Positions 41,004-60,640 of a DNA stretch of 64,000 nt are shown here, in pieces. The position numbers and the translations under genes are program-made. Source of the DNA: the human T2T-CHM13v2.0 reference genome, Homo sapiens; the NCBI RefSeq assembly GCF_009914755.1, contig NC_060929.1; one strand, written 5' to 3'. The notes beneath the pieces were generated by a model. It searched no databases and had not been told where the DNA came from. It worked only from the letters and a program-made list of their open reading frames with translations. Every line of letters begins with the position of its first letter. Positions within the stretch are counted from its first letter, which is position 1.

Positions 41004-42160
41004 TCTTCCTCCCCTTATTCTAAGAGCAACTGGGGGGCAGGGATAGTCCCCCACCTCCCCATCTCTGCATCTCCTGCAGCCAGTACAATGCCTAGGACAG
41101 AGTCAGTTCAGATGCTTGAGGAATGAAAGGAAGAATGAATGAATGAGTGAACAAAGCCATTTCTGTGTTAGTTCCTTTCTCACAGCTTTGTCTCTTTGTT
41201 CTGAAAAACACCCACAGCTCCTCCCATCATAATGTAGAAAGTATAAATTACTTCAGAGATGTAGGGACTGAGTGACGATCAGTGGAGTGATAGCAATCTG
41301 CTACATTATTACGATTTTTTATTTAAACCACTTAAGCTCTAGTCTCCCTCCTGTTTACTGTTAGAAATGATCCCAAATCAGTTGTGAATCTTCTCCTGCC
41401 TTGAGGGAGTAAGATGAGAAGACTGGGGTGGTTGTCCAGGCTTATTATCTTCTCCATTACTCAGGCATGTTCCCCTGAGCTTTCTCATGATTTTATTTTA
41501 ATGCAGTTATTTGTATTAGGCGAGTCTCCAGCTCAGCCAGGACAAAGAGGGAGGTGGGGGAACCAGGGAGAAGCTGGTGGAAAAATAAATACCCTGAAGG
41601 TTCATGATGATCTGACCATGGCTTTAATATGAATCAAATTTGCTCCAACCTGCTTTCCCACAGTCAGCATTTCTGCTAGAAATAATTTGTAATTATCAAA
41701 CTCCAATTAGGCCAGAAGACTCCTTGTAAAAGACTTTGATGTGATTAGGGAAAGGCTTGAAAATATAATTTGCATGATTCTAGCCCTCTCTGCCAATGAC
41801 ATTCCTGGAGAAGACATCTTGTCTCTCTTGGCAGGAGAAATTCCAAGGACAGGAGCTGGGGGCCAGACTTCAGGGTCACTGGGGCTGCTGCTCCAAGGCT
41901 GGCCCAAGAAGGTGCTTTCCTGGAATAATGAGCCTGAGAGATTCCTTATCTCAGCATTCAAGAGCTGAGAGTCAGTGAGTGGCCCAGAGAGGGACAGAGC
42001 TAGATGCATGCTGACCAGCAGCTGTGCCCAGCACTTTGATGAAGGCCCTTTGGTAACTGCCCAGCATCAGTATGGGTCACCCCCGGGGGATTCCTGGTCT
42101 TGCCCTTGGCTGAGAAATGATGACAACCCCTTTCATCCCTTCTCATATCTTAACCTTTCA

Positions 42161-43172
<1,012 letters not shown>

Positions 43173-43952
43173 CAAACGTTAAGCAAAGATAATTTGGGAT
43201 GGGAAGTCGAAATTTCCCTTCAAATTCAGTTTGCAGACCATTTTCAGGAACAGAAGGCTTTTCTACTGACTCATGAGTTAGTAGTAGTCAGAGCCCAGTC
43301 AGAGCCCAGCCTCTGACCACCCTGCTCCCCTGTGATTTGCTGACTTGAGAAGAGGAAGTCTGGGAAATGGAACAGAGAGAGCCAGGAGTAGCCTGAAGAA
43401 AAGGAGCCAGGACTGGGAAATGCTTGAAACAGACTTCAGAGCTTTGTGATGCTGGCTGAGGGCTCTGCAGGAGGCCTTACTGCTACAGCATGCCGCCACC
43501 TCCTCCATGAAGTCTCCCTGCCTCTTTCTTCCCATAAGGCACTTTATCTGGCATACATCGTTTTCACCCAAAGACCTCACACTGGATCCTTTACTGCCTT
43601 GTTGCCTTGCAGGTTCTCTGACTGTTCCACAGAGAGCTATTCTACTTGGAGATATGTGTCCCCTCCACAATGACATCACAACCTCTTCCAGGATGGGATG
43701 CCTGTCTTGGACTCACAGACCCCCTTAATGCAGGAAAAAACTTTAGGCATCACCTGGCCCCCTCTTCCAAATTTAAATGTAGCCCAACTATGAGACACTT
43801 GGGTTGACTCGAGTCTCCCAGCCTCCTGGGGTCATCCTTCCCTCTGTGTTAAGCTAGATGGACACGCACTGCCCCCTATCCCCATGTACAATGGAAAACT
43901 CATGTCCTGAATCCTGTGCCTTTGAGGGTTTCTGAGGGGCGGAAGTGTGTGA

Positions 43953-44128
43953 TTTTGTTGTTGTTTTTAAGAGGTGTGGGTCTCACTATGTAGCCCAGGC
44001 TGGAGTGCAACGAGTATTTATAGGCATGATCATGGCACACCATATCCTGGAACTTCTGGGCTCAAGCAATCTTCCTGCCTCAGCCTCCTGAGTAGCTGAG
44101 ACTACAGGCACGTGCCTCTGGGCCCTGC
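43953..44128 (-). mobile_element. FAM (fossil Alu monomer)
   Basis: Retains the 7SL-derived segment (gtatttataggcatgatc, matching gctattcacaggcgcgatc) that Alu arms lack; TSD gaagtgtgt. Confidence 0.8.
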
Positions 44129-44139
44129 TAGAAGTGTGT

Positions 44140-44690
<551 letters not shown>

Positions 44691-45315
44691 TTGACCTTAT
44701 TTCTTGTTTCTGCTGAATTCTTGACCTACCGTGTGTCTTGCCCCTTTCTCCTCTCCTGCTGCCTCCATCTGCCCCCTCCGAAGCATCCCTCATTCAAGGC
44801 CACGTGTGGCAGACTTTTGCTAAAAGCTTTGAGGGGAACAGAAGGGGCCACACAACACAGCTCAGCCAGCAACTTAAAATTGTCTTGGACCTTGCTGTTC
44901 CTGAAAGTGCCCTAGTCGTTCCTACCACAAGGCATCTCTCAGACACTGCCCATCTTCTCTTCTCTAATGCCAGCTTGCTGCCTTGCTGCACTCGCTCACT
45001 TTCCTCCTTCTCATACCTCCTCTCTCTTTCCCCCAGCCCCTCACCCTGCAAACTCTGCTTTCTCTCCGAACAAGCCTGAACAAGCCTCGTTGTAGCCCAT
45101 CTAAGTCCTGCGTCAGGGGAAATGGGGAATGGGGAGTGGCAGGGAGATCGACCTTTAGCATCCAAAGAGGCCTTGCAGGTAATTTCTAGTAAAGATGCTT
45201 CTCTCACTATCAGGACTCAAGGAGATAGGAGAGGCCCAGGGATGGGAAGAGACACTCCTACCATTCCCAGACAGAGAGAAGTTTCCATCTCCCCACGAAA
45301 AGCACTGCACAGCCT

Positions 45316-45465
45316 GCTGGGTGCAGTGGGTCACACCTGTGATCCCAGCACTTTAGGAGGCCAAGGCGGGGAGATCACCTGAGAGCAAGAGTTCTTGACC
45401 AGCCTGGGCAACAGTGAGACCTTGTCTCTAAAATATATATAACTATGTACATATAAAACAAATAA
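45316..45465 (+). mobile_element. FLAM
   Basis: Left monomer; TSD aaaagcactgcac. Confidence 0.85.
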
Positions 45466-46123
45466 AAGCACTGCACCCCCCAAAAAAGCAACACAAAGCC
45501 CACGCTGGACAAAGGACCGGCCAGAAAGCTGCCTAAGTAAACCAGCCTCCTCCTGCCGCTCACCCTGCATTATCTGTTACTAGGCCCAGACGACTGGGGA
45601 GTTATTGTTTCGGGGGAGGGTCAGAGGTGATATTTTAGCCCATTAAGGCCGCTGCTTTCCAAGGCCTGATTTTCCTCAGGCACCGCATCAAACTTGTTCT
45701 CTAGCTGCCAAAGAAGGCAGGATTTCAGCTGAAGGTAATTTATGTTAATTTTTCCCCTTTCTGGTCCATTAAGTTTTGTGATGTTAATATATCTTTTTGG
45801 GGGCCTCTTCGCAGGGTGCTGCTGGGTGGGCTGGGGGTGGGGGCCACCTGCTGGCATGACATCTGGGACCCTGTGTCTCCCTTCCTCTGCTGCCCGGGGA
45901 CTCTCCATTGCTGAGGGCCTTGTTGGGAGGCTGCTTTGGGAGGGCAAAGACCTTTGTATTTTTCAGAGTTCTTTCCTTACCACCCCTGTTCCAAGCTCAG
46001 TTTTTCAGGGATGTACTGAAAGAAGCCTAAGGTGCAGTGCAGTCAACTGAGCAACAAATATTTTGGGAGCGTCAAGTAAGTGCCAAGCTACTGTCTTGGG
46101 AAGTTTTGGGGATTCAAAACTGA

Positions 46124-46450
<327 letters not shown>

Positions 46451-46584
46451 AGTCCCTGTCCTTAAGGTGCTTTCCATCTAGTTGGGATTTGGGAGAGAGG
46501 TTAGGTGTACCCAAGTGTAGTCAATTATGTTATAAGGTGACATGTGTGCACCTAGAATATCACCAAGCTATGCAAAATCCCTCA

Positions 46585-47336
<752 letters not shown>

Positions 47337-47592
47337 CTATAGTAAATATGGCACTTTCCCTTGAAAAAGACCTGAAGTTTGCTTGTGGAAGTAGGTATCA
47401 GAACAGTTGCAGCTTGCGAGTTATTGTGAAGCAGTGGAAGGAGAGTTATCTGAAATGTAGTGGGAAGTTAACACCACATGCAGATGTGTTATGCATGCTG
47501 TTTGTCCAGGTTTTATGTATTCCTCTGTGGGCTGGTTCAGCTGGGTGTGGTTTTCTGCACTTACCAGAAACAAACATGAAATTTGCATTTTT

Positions 47593-47853
47593 CTTTGGGA
47601 GGCCGAGGCGAGTGGATCACTTGAGGTCAGGAGTTCGAAACCCGTCTGGCCAACATGGTGAAACCAAGTCTCTACTAAAAATACAAAAATTAGCCCGGCA
47701 TGGTGGCGCATGCCTGTAATCCCAGCTACTCAAGAGACTGAGACACGAAAATCGCTTGAACCCGGGAGGTGAAGGTTGCCGTGAGCTGAGGGATCACGCC
47801 ACTGTACTCTAGCCTGGGAAACCGAGAGAGACTGTCTCAAAAAAAAAAAAAAA
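47593..47853 (+). mobile_element. 5'-truncated AluS
   Basis: Starts ctttgggaggccg; TSD ttgcattttt. Confidence 0.9.
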
Positions 47854-48356
47854 TTGCATTTTTGCTCAAATTGCTCCCTAATATATCAATCGCTTTGGAA
47901 CAAATTCACATTTTCAAAACAAGCCTTACAGAAGCATAAGACACAGTGTATATACCAAATTCTATAATATAGACTTACAACAGGATAATTTATTAAGGAG
48001 ACTCAAGGAGGTAGGAGAGGCCCAGTGAGGGGCAGAGACACCCCTATGGTTGCCAGACACTTGTTCCCTCTTCATTTTTTTCATCTTCTCCATTCCAAGA
48101 AGGTAGCTAAGTCTTATGTAATTATTTGCCTCAGAGGCATCTGCAGAGCCATTCATTTAATCAATCAATAACCATTCACTGAGTCCCTCCTGTGTGCCAA
48201 GTGGTGTTCTGGGCACAAGAAGATAGTGCAATGAACAAAACCACAAAGACTCTGTCTTCACGGAGCAAGGGTTGTAGTGGGAGAGACAGAAAATAAACAA
48301 ATGAATATATTATGCAATGTTAGGCAGTGAGAAGTACTACTGAAAAATAAAGAGCA

Positions 48357-48558
48357 GGCCGGGTACAGGGGCTCACGCCTATAATCCTAGCACTCTGGGA
48401 GGCCAAGATGGGAAGATCACTTGAGCCCATGCATTGGAGACCAGCCTGGGCAATATAGCGAAACCCTGTCTCTACAAAAAATACAAAAAGTTAGCTGGGT
48501 GTGGTGGAGTGTGCCTGTATTCCCAAGCTACTTGGGAGGCTGAGGTGAAAGGATTGCT
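48357..48558 (+). mobile_element. AluJ lacking its 3' end
   Basis: Breaks in the right arm into a (GA/GACA)n tract. Confidence 0.85.
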
Positions 48559-48806
48559 ATATGGAGAGAGACAGAGAGAGACAAAGAGACAGAGACAGAG
48601 AGAGAGAGAAAGAACAGACAACGTAACTAGAGAGTGACTAGGAGTGGAGGGAGAGGATGTGACTCCTTTTCAGGGAGGGGAGATTTGAGCAGAGATCTAA
48701 ATGAAGTGAGAGAGTGGGTCACGTGATTATTTAAGGAAAGAGTGTTCACAGCAAAGAGAACAGCAAGTGCAAAGGCCCTGAAGAAGAAGCAAGCTCGGTG
48801 TATTCA

Positions 48807-49209
<403 letters not shown>

Positions 49210-49335
49210 TTACATAATGTCTGTAGATTATGGTCAGGTCTGAATTTTTTTCTAAGTGTAATGGGAGGTCATTGGAGCATTTTGAGTAGGTGAGAGACAT
49301 GATCTGACTGAAATATTAAAGGGCTCACTCTGGAT

Positions 49336-50451
<1,116 letters not shown>

Positions 50452-50465
50452 GTATCTTCCAAGTG

Positions 50466-50502
<37 letters not shown>

Positions 50503-50645
50503 TGAAAGCAGGAAGACTAGTTAGGAGTACAAGAATCCAAATAACAGACAATGGGGACTTTGAGATGATAGCACTGGAGATGGTGAGAAATGATTAGATT
50601 CTGGATATATTTTAAAGGTTAGAGGCAACAGGCTAATGGACGGAA

Positions 50646-50957
50646 TTTTTTTTCTTTTTTCTGTTTTCGAGACAGGGTCTTGCTCTGTTACCCAGGCTGG
50701 AATGCAGTGGCATGATCACGGCTCACTATAGCCTCAGTTTCCTGGGCTCAAGTGATCCTCCCACCTCAGCTTCCCGAGTAACTGGGATTACAGGCATGCA
50801 CCATCATGCCCAGGTAGTTTTTTAATTTTTTGAAGAGATGGTGGGGGGGGTCTCTCTATGTTGCCCAGGCTGGTCTTGAACTCCTGGGCTCAAGTGATCC
50901 ATTCTCCTCGGCCTCCCAAAGTGCTGAGATTACAGATGTAAGCCACCGCACACAGCT
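50646..50957 (-). mobile_element. AluJ
   Basis: Full Alu. Confidence 0.9.
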
Positions 50958-51341
50958 GGATTGAATATTATTATAGTGTATAAGAGAGAGAAAGGAATTG
51001 AAAATGATGAAGTTTTTGGCTTGCAACTAAGTGAGTGGTGGTTTCATTTCTTGTAATGAGCGATAATGGAGAATGAGCTGAAAGCTTCCATTTTGCATTG
51101 CTCCCCCTACCCCCAGTCCCAAGCTCACTGATGAGACTGTACCAGAGTCCTAGAGAGGGCAGGGAGAGAGGAGGGTGCCCTGGAGGGCAGCCAGATTGAG
51201 AAGAGATCTGAAGTCAGGGGTCTTTTGAGCTGGGCAAAACTGAATCCCTTGACAGTGTCCCTCAGCAAAGGCAAAGAGAGGCTGGACTCCCACAAACCCG
51301 CTGCTTCAAGTTTAGCTCCAAAACAGCAGAGCTTCCTGATC

Positions 51342-51537
51342 TGATTCTCCAGACTCAGCCTCCCAAGTAGCTGGGATTACAGGCACCCACCATCATGCCT
51401 GGTTAATTTTTGTATTTTTGTAGAGATGGAGTTTCACCACATTGGCCAGGCTGGTCTTGAACTCCTGACCTCAGGTGATCCGCCCACCTCGGCTTCCCAA
51501 AGTGTTGGAATTCCAGGAGTGAGCCACTGCGCCCGGC
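51342..51537 (-). mobile_element. AluS lacking its 3' ~90 nt and tail
   Basis: Begins at tgattctcc..ctcagcctcccaagtag. Confidence 0.88.
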
Positions 51538-51894
51538 TGAGAATAGGTATTTGGAGTCATCTTTAAGAGAATTCAAAGAAAAAGAAGTGTAGGTACTTGA
51601 AAAGGATTGTGGATGGGATGATGTTTAGACTTGATGATGAGGGGTTGATGATTCGGGGGCAGAATTAGTGGGTGCTTCTATGGCATAGACTGTAGATTCT
51701 GTGTCCAGTGAAGTTCAGAGCTTTTTCTGGGACCTTCTCAAGGGGTATGACAAATTTCTTACATTCAGGTTATTCTATAAACATGTTAGAAATAATCTTT
51801 AACTTTCTGTGTGGGTGTCACACACTGGAGGATGTCTATGTCAAGGCAAAGATAATAAATACCTCTCTCTAGCAGTAGGTAAAATAGAGAATGT

Positions 51895-52100
51895 GGGAAA
51901 TCTGGGTTTGAATCCCAGATCCTTCCCATACTACCTGTGTGATTTGGGACAATCACCTCAGTTAATTAATTACTTCTTTCTGAGCCTCAATTTACTCATT
52001 CACAAAATGGGAGCTCACAGGTTTTCAATGAGAACTAAATAATATATTAAAATATCATCGGCAGCGCCTGACATATAGTAAGAGCTCAGTAAATGCTAAT
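51895..52100 (+). mobile_element. MIR
   Basis: ctgggtttgaatcccag..ctgtgtgatttgggac..ctgagcctcaatttactcattcacaaaatggg. Confidence 0.75.
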
Positions 52101-52346
52101 TTGCTTCCCTATGGAATTGAACAAAGCTGCTCCTAGTGGCTTTGGTCCAGAACCTTCTTCGATATGCTGCCCAATGTCTCCTCTGGTTTTGACCTGGATT
52201 CTCCACTGTTTGCTCAGATTCCTTCATGGCTTTTTCTCCCTTGCATTAATTCTAAGCACCTGCTTGTTATTAAAGTAAAATCCTCTCTTTGCCTAGTCCC
52301 TGTGATCTGAAAAAGCATCTGTAAATAGAAGGTATGCCCCCTATGA

Positions 52347-52680
<334 letters not shown>

Positions 52681-53827
52681 ATTTTGCTCTTCAAGGGTTA
52701 ATAATGGTCAGGGCTGTACCTTTAGAAAACTCAGCCAGCAGGGCTCACCAGAAATAATTGCAATAGCAGGGACGCAGGGAGGTGGGGCTGAGAGGATGTG
52801 GGGTGGGTATTGAAGAAGGCCTGCAGAGCAGGACAGTGAGCCTCTGTAGGGAGAATGGTATATTCCAGGGGGAAAAAATGACGGGCCATTGGAAACCCCT
52901 GGCCATGAGAGGTAGCAGCGGTTTGGCTTCAACCTGGCCCCTTTCCAAGACCACATTCTTATTGCTGATCCCTTGCTGGTCAGCAAGAGCCCCTGAGAGG
53001 ACTTGCTGTGATAATTTGGTGCCAGATCATGCTTCAGTTGCAATTTATTTAAAGTTGACAATAGGGTTCCTGTCTTTTACAAGCAGATTCCCTGCCCTTG
53101 AATGTCTGCAGGCTGGATTTTTTGCCTTGATGAAAAGGTAGTTAAATTTCACACTTATTATAGCACCTGGCACCTGACATCTTCCAGAGACTTTATAAAG
53201 ACTAATGAAATGAAACCCTCAGCGCTATTGTAAACAGGGAAGAAGAGAGAGCAGACTCATATCCTCTCTCTGCAGGAAACAAAGAACTAAACCTGCCTCA
53301 TCTCCACCCCACCAGTGGACCCATTTTTTTTAGGCTAATCTTCAAAGGGCTACTGACTGGTTATCAGACAGGTCATGGCTCAGAGCATCTTTGGAGAGCA
53401 GGATCTGCCTGAAAAATGGGTCAATAAGGCACCAGCATACAGGTCTGCGCTGCTGGAGATGAGGCCTCCAGACCCAGAGATTCTGTTCCAGCTTTTTTCA
53501 CTCAGCATCAGACATCAACCAGTCAGGGAAGCTGGACCGATCTTTGCCAATGTCCCCAGGAATTGAAGTGTGTGGGCGTGTCTGCCCTGTGATGAGAAGG
53601 TGAGTGCAGAATTTGGGGTATGGTTTAAATGAGGAAAAGTACAACAGTATGATTCCCTCCCCCAACCCAGTTAGTCCCTTCACCCCATCCTTTATTGTGT
53701 CTGTAGTGGGAAAGATGGAGTTTACAGTCAAACAGACCTGCGTGCAAATTGTCCTGTCACTTGCCTTAAAACTTAATTTCTCCAAGTCTCAGTTTCCACA
53801 TCTGTACAATGGGAATAATAATACTGC

Positions 53828-54858
<1,031 letters not shown>

Positions 54859-54860
54859 CA

Positions 54861-55347
<487 letters not shown>

Positions 55348-56424
55348 TCAATTCCTTCTTCCTTCACTTGGTTCTTGTGAAGAATAAGAGAAATAATAAT
55401 CTTATACATAAAAGCGTTTCAGTAAATATTATTCTGAATCCTCCCAACTCCTTCAGGCCTTTCAGATCAATTTGTACTCACTCCAAAGGAGCAGAACACA
55501 ATCAATGATGCCCAAAATAACTAAAACTGGTTCTCGCTTTTCTGCCTTATCTTCTACCCTGAATTATCATAAAGTCTGGAGAAATGATCCCCTCAATGCC
55601 AAATCTTAGGGTGGTGACTTGGGGTACGTAGGTGGTTTAATATCCCTTGAGAATTTTCAGAGCTGCTTCTCAGGATAGAAAATTAAAATGAAAAGGGGAA
55701 GCCAAACTCTAGAGCTTGAACCCCCTGCTGAGAGACTCCAGTCCTATGATTTGGTTCTAAGCATGCCAAGTCCTGTGCTACAGCACAAAGATGGCTCTGC
55801 ACTGAGTGTGTATCTCATCCTGACCTCTGAGGACGCCACCCTGGGAAGTGTTTGTGAAGCTCCAATGGAAAAAGCAGTCCAATGAGGCAGAGCGACTGAA
55901 TCAGAGCAGGGCAAGAAAGCTGCCAAGCTTGGACCCCACTCAGAGAACACAAATTCCAGGTTTAAAATCAAACTCCAACAGTTTTTGGGGTCTAAGTTGC
56001 ATTTATTCTTGGCAAGCTCACTTCTTTTGTTCACAGAGAGAGTAGAAGCTTTAAGGGGCTCCAAGAAAGACCTCTCACATCGAATCACTTTCACAAAGCC
56101 ACAGGGAATTGGGGAGTGTAAATGAATCAGGAAATTATGGCTTCTTTTTTCCTTTGAATTGTATAAGGGAACATAAATTAAGGAGAAAAACTGCCAAGAG
56201 AAAGAAAAAGTATGCAGTGTTTCAGCCAACTTCGAGCTTTGAAAGCAGCTTCAGAACCATGCTGTAACACTTTCTGTTGGGCCTACCAAGAAATGCTGGT
56301 GAGCAGGTGAACAAAGAGATCTGTAGGAGGCAAGCAGCAAGGCCCTGCCTATTGAGGGGAAGGGCATATGGTAAAGGCAGTGTATTAGTTGTCTATTGCT
56401 ATGTAACATAGTACCCCGAAATGA

Positions 56425-56738
<314 letters not shown>

Positions 56739-56796
56739 AAAACAGTACACATTTATTATCTCACACAGTTTCTGAGGGCCAGAAATTGAGGAGCAG

Positions 56797-57112
<316 letters not shown>

Positions 57113-57186
57113 GAAATTGGGGAGCAGCTTAGCAAGATGGTTCTGACACAGGGTCTCTCAAGAGGTTTCATTGCCTGGGGCTGCAG

Positions 57187-57405
57187 TCACACAAACACCT
57201 GGGGCGCTGCCTGAGGGCTTTGTTCTGGCCACAGGAACACACCTGGCCTCTCTACAAAGGGAAAGGAGGGAGTGCCAGAGAGTGAATGGCTCAACTCAGG
57301 AAGCAGCTCCCAATCAATGACAGAAGTGTATGTGTGTGCATACACATGTTGTTGGGGGAGTGGGGGGTGTTGGTGTTGGTGTTGGTGGATAAATGCCCCC
57401 GCTTC
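57187..57405 (+). repeat. Direct copy of 58878-59092 (LTR16 internal segment)
   Basis: Near-identical ~215-bp direct repeat, aligned by eye. Confidence 0.97.
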
Positions 57406-57525
57406 AGCAGTCATCTGAAGGCTTGACTGGGGCTGGAGGGTCTACTTCTAAGACGAGTCACTGACATGGCTGTTTACTGCAAGTCTCAGTTTCTCTATAG
57501 AGGTACTTGATATGGCAACTGATGA

Positions 57526-57871
<346 letters not shown>

Positions 57872-58157
57872 TGCAGCGTCTTTTATAACCTAATCTCAGA
57901 AGCGAAATACCATTACTTCTGCTATGTTCTATATTGGTCACATAGATCAACTCTGGCACAGTGTGGGAAGGAACTACACCAGATGTGGATACCAGGAGGT
58001 GAAGATTGTTGGAGGCTGGATACAATAGATGGGTAGAGGCACAGAAACCAGGAGGATAGGTGGCCCTAGGCTCCTCCTCCGAATGCTTACTGGTTCAGAG
58101 AAGGGCAGCCTTCCTGTGATCTCTACCCCATCTCTCTCTTCTCCATCCCTGATGGGC

Positions 58158-58272
58158 TGTAGACTCTCTGAGGACAGGGACTGTGTGACTGTGTCTGTCT
58201 TATTAACTACTGTTCCCCTAGGGCTGGTCCATGCCTGGTATATAGTAAAGCCCTCAATACATGTTGGTTGAT
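58158..58272 (+). mobile_element. L2 3' end
   Basis: gctgtagactctctgaggacagggactgtgt..cctggtatatagtaaagccctcaatacatgttggttga. Confidence 0.75.
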
Positions 58273-58814
58273 TCGTGAGGTGCGTAGGAAAGACAGAAGT
58301 AGATGAGATAGAAACAGTAAATCGGATTAAGGTATTGAGTTCCAGGCTCAGGGCTTGGACTTTGTATCCTGGATGACAGGAAGGCATTGGGCGGGGGCCC
58401 CCTTAGACCCTGGATAAGAGCTGGCTGTTGCTCTTCCTCTGCCTGCAACATTCTCCCTTTAGATCTACTGTCCATCATTCAAGGAGGGTTACTGACAGAA
58501 CAACATCTTGGAGGAAGTAGGATGTGTGTGTCTGTGTGTGCAAAAGCTCACGTGGAAGGGAAAGGTTCCAAGCTCAAAGCAAAGGAAAAAGAAATGGGGG
58601 GAGATGTGAAGGCATTTTGAGATGGGGAGGAGGGACATTTGAGGGCAACAGGGACAAGAGAAAGGAGAGAGGGTAAGGAATATTTGTGCTTATCTACCGG
58701 GAGTAATGAGGAAAAGGGGAGATAGCTTAGTGAGGGACTGTTTAGCTTCAAGGGATAGAAACCCACTCAAACTGGCTCAAGTTAAAGGGTGCAAGTTGGA
58801 AGGCTACAGGGGTT

Positions 58815-59692
<878 letters not shown>

Positions 59693-60202
59693 GATGTCTC
59701 ACAAAACACAAGCAGAGATGTCAGTCTTCAGGCCTCGCATGGAGAAGATGAAAGAGAGGGGTGGCTTTTCCAAAGCCCAGCGTCAGCACGAAGCTTCCAC
59801 GAGATTATTTTCCCTCTTATTTTGAAGTCCTGGTGAGTCCCTCTCTTCTCTCCATTTTAACAAAATCTGCTTTCTAATTGCCCAGTTTGGTATATGCTAT
59901 GGTCCCCACTTTGTCATCAACGCTCCTGAACTCATCTTATGCCCGATGTACCCGAAAGCACTTCATAAACTGTAAAGTGCTGAACAAATGGAGCAGGTGA
60001 GAAAGAGGGGGAGAAGAAGAAAAAGAAGGGAAGAAGAAAGAGACAGGAAGAAGAAGAAAAACAAGTGGAAGGAAGATGGAAGGCTAAAAAGCAGAAATAT
60101 AGTGCAGAGTCAGATGAAGAAAGCCAGGGCAGGCAGGGGAGGCAGGTTGAAGAAAATGGCCAGCACTTTTGTAGGAAGCCAGTGTTGAAAACAGGCCTGT
60201 GA

Positions 60203-60640
<438 letters not shown>

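Noticed and set aside
51540-51820. Possible LTR fragment after the truncated Alu
   Set aside because: I could not assign a family or termini with confidence.
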